Part shown: positions 60,766 to 64,000 of the stretch, piece after piece
How the letters are laid out: the number at the start of each line of letters is the position of its first letter
Numbering within the stretch: the first letter of the stretch is position 1
DNA from: Felis catus
Taxonomy: Eukaryota
Length of the DNA stretch: 64,000 nucleotides
Direction of reading: 5' to 3'
Assembly: GCF_018350175.1 (NCBI RefSeq)
Contig: NC_058383.1
Span: 21,888,001 to 21,952,000 of the forward strand
Program-made: the position numbers and the translations under genes
Notes under the pieces: model-generated
What the model saw: the letters and a program-made list of their open reading frames with translations, nothing else
Databases searched by the model: none
What the model was told of the DNA's origin: nothing

Positions 60766-62574
60766 AGAATACTACGTAGCAGCCCAAATTATGTAGTTCT
60801 GTGAATACTGACATGGAAAATCTCCAAGACATATTGTTAAGTGAAAAAAGGAAGCAGCAAAACCATTTATGGCACCATTTATGTAAAAAAAGAAAAAAAA
60901 ATACAAAAAATAGTAAGATTTTTTCTGAGTAGATATACATAGAAAATATACAAAACACTCCCATCTGATTGCCATGGTTACATCTTGAATTTTTGATTAT
61001 CTGTATTGTTTGAATTTTTAAAGAATGATAATATATTCATATTTTATGCAGTTTACAATAATTCTCAAAGACTAAATAAAACAGACTGTTGTGAGTGCAG
61101 GAGGGAGAGGACGGTGGCCAGAAGTAATATGGCAGGAAAGGATAAATGGCAGAGGTGTTTAGGAGTGCAAATCAAGAGACCTTAAAGCATCTGATAGAAA
61201 GGGAGTTGTCTATGATGATTTCAGATTTTGAGCTTAGGTGGAGTCTATGAGGGTTTCCTTCATTTATTTAGGGAACACAGTAGGAACAACAGATTTTGGG
61301 GGGAACCGGAGGAGGGGTATAAATGTCCAAACTCAGTTTCCTTAACAACCACCTCCAAGCTAAGGCATACAAGGTCACCAATACCTGTCCTGTATCTAGG
61401 GAAATAATTAAAAGAAGGCTGAAAAATGAAAATCTACCCAAATCCTTGACTCTCCTGCTTAGTTAGCCTCCCCCTGCCCCAGCCGCAGACATAGATGAAA
61501 ATTCCCCAGGGAATTCTTTATTATTACAATGAGAGTTTCAGCCAAAGACTCCAATGTCATCCCTTTCTTGGGTTAGGCTGACAGACATGTGAGCCTAGAG
61601 CATGCCACCTGCCTAAATAACCTACTTTAGGACTCCTTTCCCTCCATCCCACCCTGAATCCCCCTTGGTCCTCTACTTAGGAGAAGGCTTATCCCCTTAG
61701 TAGCCTGGGATCAGAGAGAAATAAGCCAAGATCGGGATCCATTAATAACAATCCCAAGAGAAGAGACAAACACCAAGTGGATGCGAGAACTTCTTGCCTC
61801 TCTCTTCTTCATGCCACCCCCCATTCCACCAACACCCTGGGGCTTGTACTACTTGGGTCTTAGTCCATAAAACTCATCCTCTTGGGATGTGTGTGCATGT
61901 CTGTGTGTTGAAGGTGGCCCTGGGGAGAGGGTGATGGTTGGTGGCACTTAGAATTCAAATATCCCCTCCCGAGTTTATTCTCCTTCAAACTGGAGTTCGT
62001 TTGACAGCCAGGCCATGGACAACCAAGGGTGGTGTCGCTTTAGTCACCCATCAGAGGAGGTAAAATCCGACCTGTGACTTCAATCACTACAATCTCTCAA
62101 GGCTATTTATCTGGGACCAATGAAAGTGACCACCAGATTTAACAAGAGCCCTTTAAAAATGTCTCTTTGGCATTGGCCCCAGAAGCTGTGGAAAAGGTCA
62201 GGAAAGAAGTTAATGAATTACCCACAAGGCCACACTCTTCACTGGACGTGGGAGCCTTGGTGGGTTAATTATCATCTCAGTGGAGCTCAGTTACAGTGTC
62301 CAGGCAGACCCTCCAGAGAGTGTTTAATATAATAAACAGGGTCCAAACCACGGAATGTTCATGACATAAAATTCCCTAGACATGCCACTACTCCACATTT
62401 TTCACACTGCATATCTTCCTTTATCAAGGTAATCCCTTATTCCCACAGAGTAATTACAGCTCCATTTCTACTTTTTCCACTTAAATGCAGTCAGCGGGGA
62501 TCTCCCCAAGCTTTATTCACTGGCTGGGGCTTGGACTCTTTCTTCTGCACTCACAGCAGAGTCTTGACCTAGGT

Positions 62575-62730
62575 TACACATGAAAACAACCTGCGAGCTT
62601 GAAAAGGCCCCATCACCCGGCCCTGTCCCTAGAGATTCAGACTTCAGTGGCCTGGGGCAGGGCCCAGGCATCATGAGATTTAAAGCCCATCGGATGATTC
62701 CGATGGACAGCCAGGGTCGAGGCCCACTCA
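62575..62730. mobile_element. MER5A-like
   Basis: agagattcagacttcagtggcctggggcagggcccaggcat. Confidence 0.65.
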
Positions 62731-62861
62731 CTTATGGCCTGGACGTGTTCATGGGCTACACCACAGCTCCTCCAAACAGGTTTTCTCCAAGTCTCTCTTG
62801 GTTCCACCTTTCTAAAATCCTAATCTGATAGAACATTCCATGATGATGGAAATACTCGTAT

Positions 62862-63467
62862 AGGGACTGGAAAGAGAATAAAGCAACTGAGGCAGGTAGG
62901 GGGCAAATTTTAAGGAAGCTTTTACTTTCAGATTCAGACTCTCCACTTGCATGATCCTGGGAGTGAGTGTCTCCTTAAATTAAAAAATACATATATATAT
63001 AAAATATATAATTTTATATTTTAATATAATAACATATAGTTTTAAAATGTATATATACATATTATTTTTTAAATGTTTACTTATTTTTGAGAGAGAGAGA
63101 GAGAGATAGAAAGAGAGAGACAAAGCACAAGTGGAGAAGGGGCAGAGAGAGAGAGGGAGACACAGAATCCGAAGCAGGCTCCAGGCTCCGAGCTGTCAGC
63201 GCAGAGCCTGATGCAGGGCTTGAACCCACGGGCTGTGAGATCATGACCTGAGCTGAAGTTGCATGCTTAACCAACTGAGCCACTCAGGCACCCCGTTAAT
63301 ATATATATTTTTTAAGATTTTATTTTCAGGTAATCTCTACACCCTATGTGAGGCTCAGACTCACAACCCTGAGATCAAGAGTCACGTGTTGCACTGACTG
63401 AGCCAGCCAGGCACCCTGCCTCCTTAAATTTTGGACCTTGGGTTCCTCACCCTAATATTGGCCTTGG
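62862..63467. mobile_element. MER96-like element containing two SINEs (63060-63294 and 63308-63416, both -)
   Basis: gcaaattttaagg..gagtgagtgtctccttaaatt..cctcaccctaa; TSD ctccttaaatt. Confidence 0.6.
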
Positions 63468-63478
63468 TTAATATGGCA

Positions 63479-63717
63479 CATGCTTTCTCTGTGGGGACCA
63501 TATTGCCTCCAAGGAGATAAAAATTGGTTCCTGGTTGGAGGTGGGGTGGGAAATCTTGCTGTTTTTATGTTTGAAGCACAGATATACATATAGCACATAC
63601 AGAGATGCATACTACATCTGTGTTATTAACACTTCATGGTGGTGGCAATCGGGAAAAATGTCTAAATGAAAAGTCTTCTTGGGGAAGCAACAGTGAAAAA
63701 AAGGTGGGAAAACACTG
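63479..63717 (-). mobile_element. MER112-like hAT element
   Basis: aaaattggttc..gcacagatatacat..gaaaaatgtctaa..gaaaaaaaggtgggaaaacactg. Confidence 0.6.
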
Positions 63718-64000
63718 ATATAGGACATTGAGCGTAAGTGCTATTGAGCCTGTGAAATGTAGCTAGTGGGACTAAGAAACTGAATTTTAAATTACATCGA
63801 ATTTTAATTAAATTCTCTTTAAATGCCTACCTATGCCTGCTGGTTACCACGTTACACAAGCACAGGTTGAGAGGATGGACAAGACAAGTGAGATTCCTGC
63901 TCTGGTCCAAAGCACAGACATGTCCTGGAAATGAATGGATTCTCCCAAGCAGTTCACAGTGTAAGTATTGATCCACTCATTCACACAGTCTCTCAGAGCC

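Larger units (their letters stand above)
62822..63865 (+). mobile_element. MER3 split by nested elements
   Basis: 5' atagaacattccatgatgatggaaat; 3' ctattgagc..gaaatgtagctagtgggactaagaaactgaatttt..agcacag. Confidence 0.7.

Noticed and set aside
1..64000. Recurrent ORFs such as MAQSVKRLTSAQVMIS..SLEPASDSVSPSLS as a multi-copy protein family or spaced-repeat system
   Set aside because: All coincide with Can-SINE bodies; spacing is irregular and most copies have their own tail and TSD
1..64000. tRNA genes or a CRISPR array
   Set aside because: A/B boxes belong to tRNA-derived SINE heads with no complete cloverleaf; no regularly spaced repeat-spacer array; the sequence is mammalian

Overview
This is a repeat-dense mammalian intergenic or deep-intronic region, almost certainly from a felid (cat family), based on about 53 tRNA-derived Can-SINEs that include young SINEC_Fc-type copies. 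I found no credible host protein-coding gene, tRNA/rRNA gene or CRISPR array. Nearly all ORFs in the track come from SINEs, microsatellites or decayed retroelements. The only recognisable protein homologies are fossils: a heavily decayed class III (ERV-L-like) provirus on the minus strand (about 6.9-12.3 kb, with RT, RNase H, integrase and dUTPase remnants plus one LTR), an L1 ORF2 C-terminus, and an old L1 ORF1 start. The rest is L1/L2/MIR fragments, MaLR and ERV LTRs, hAT DNA-transposon fossils and a few repeat-free islands with regulatory motif clusters. I did not find an undescribed biological system. The most interesting signals are mechanistic footprints of retrotransposition: a SINE carrying an inverted copy of its own target site, probable SINE and L1 3' transductions, and tail-only insertions with target-site duplications (TSDs). 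There are also a GATA/NF-E2/KLF motif cluster and CTCF motifs. Repeat family names come from recalled consensus sequences rather than a database search, and boundaries are approximate.
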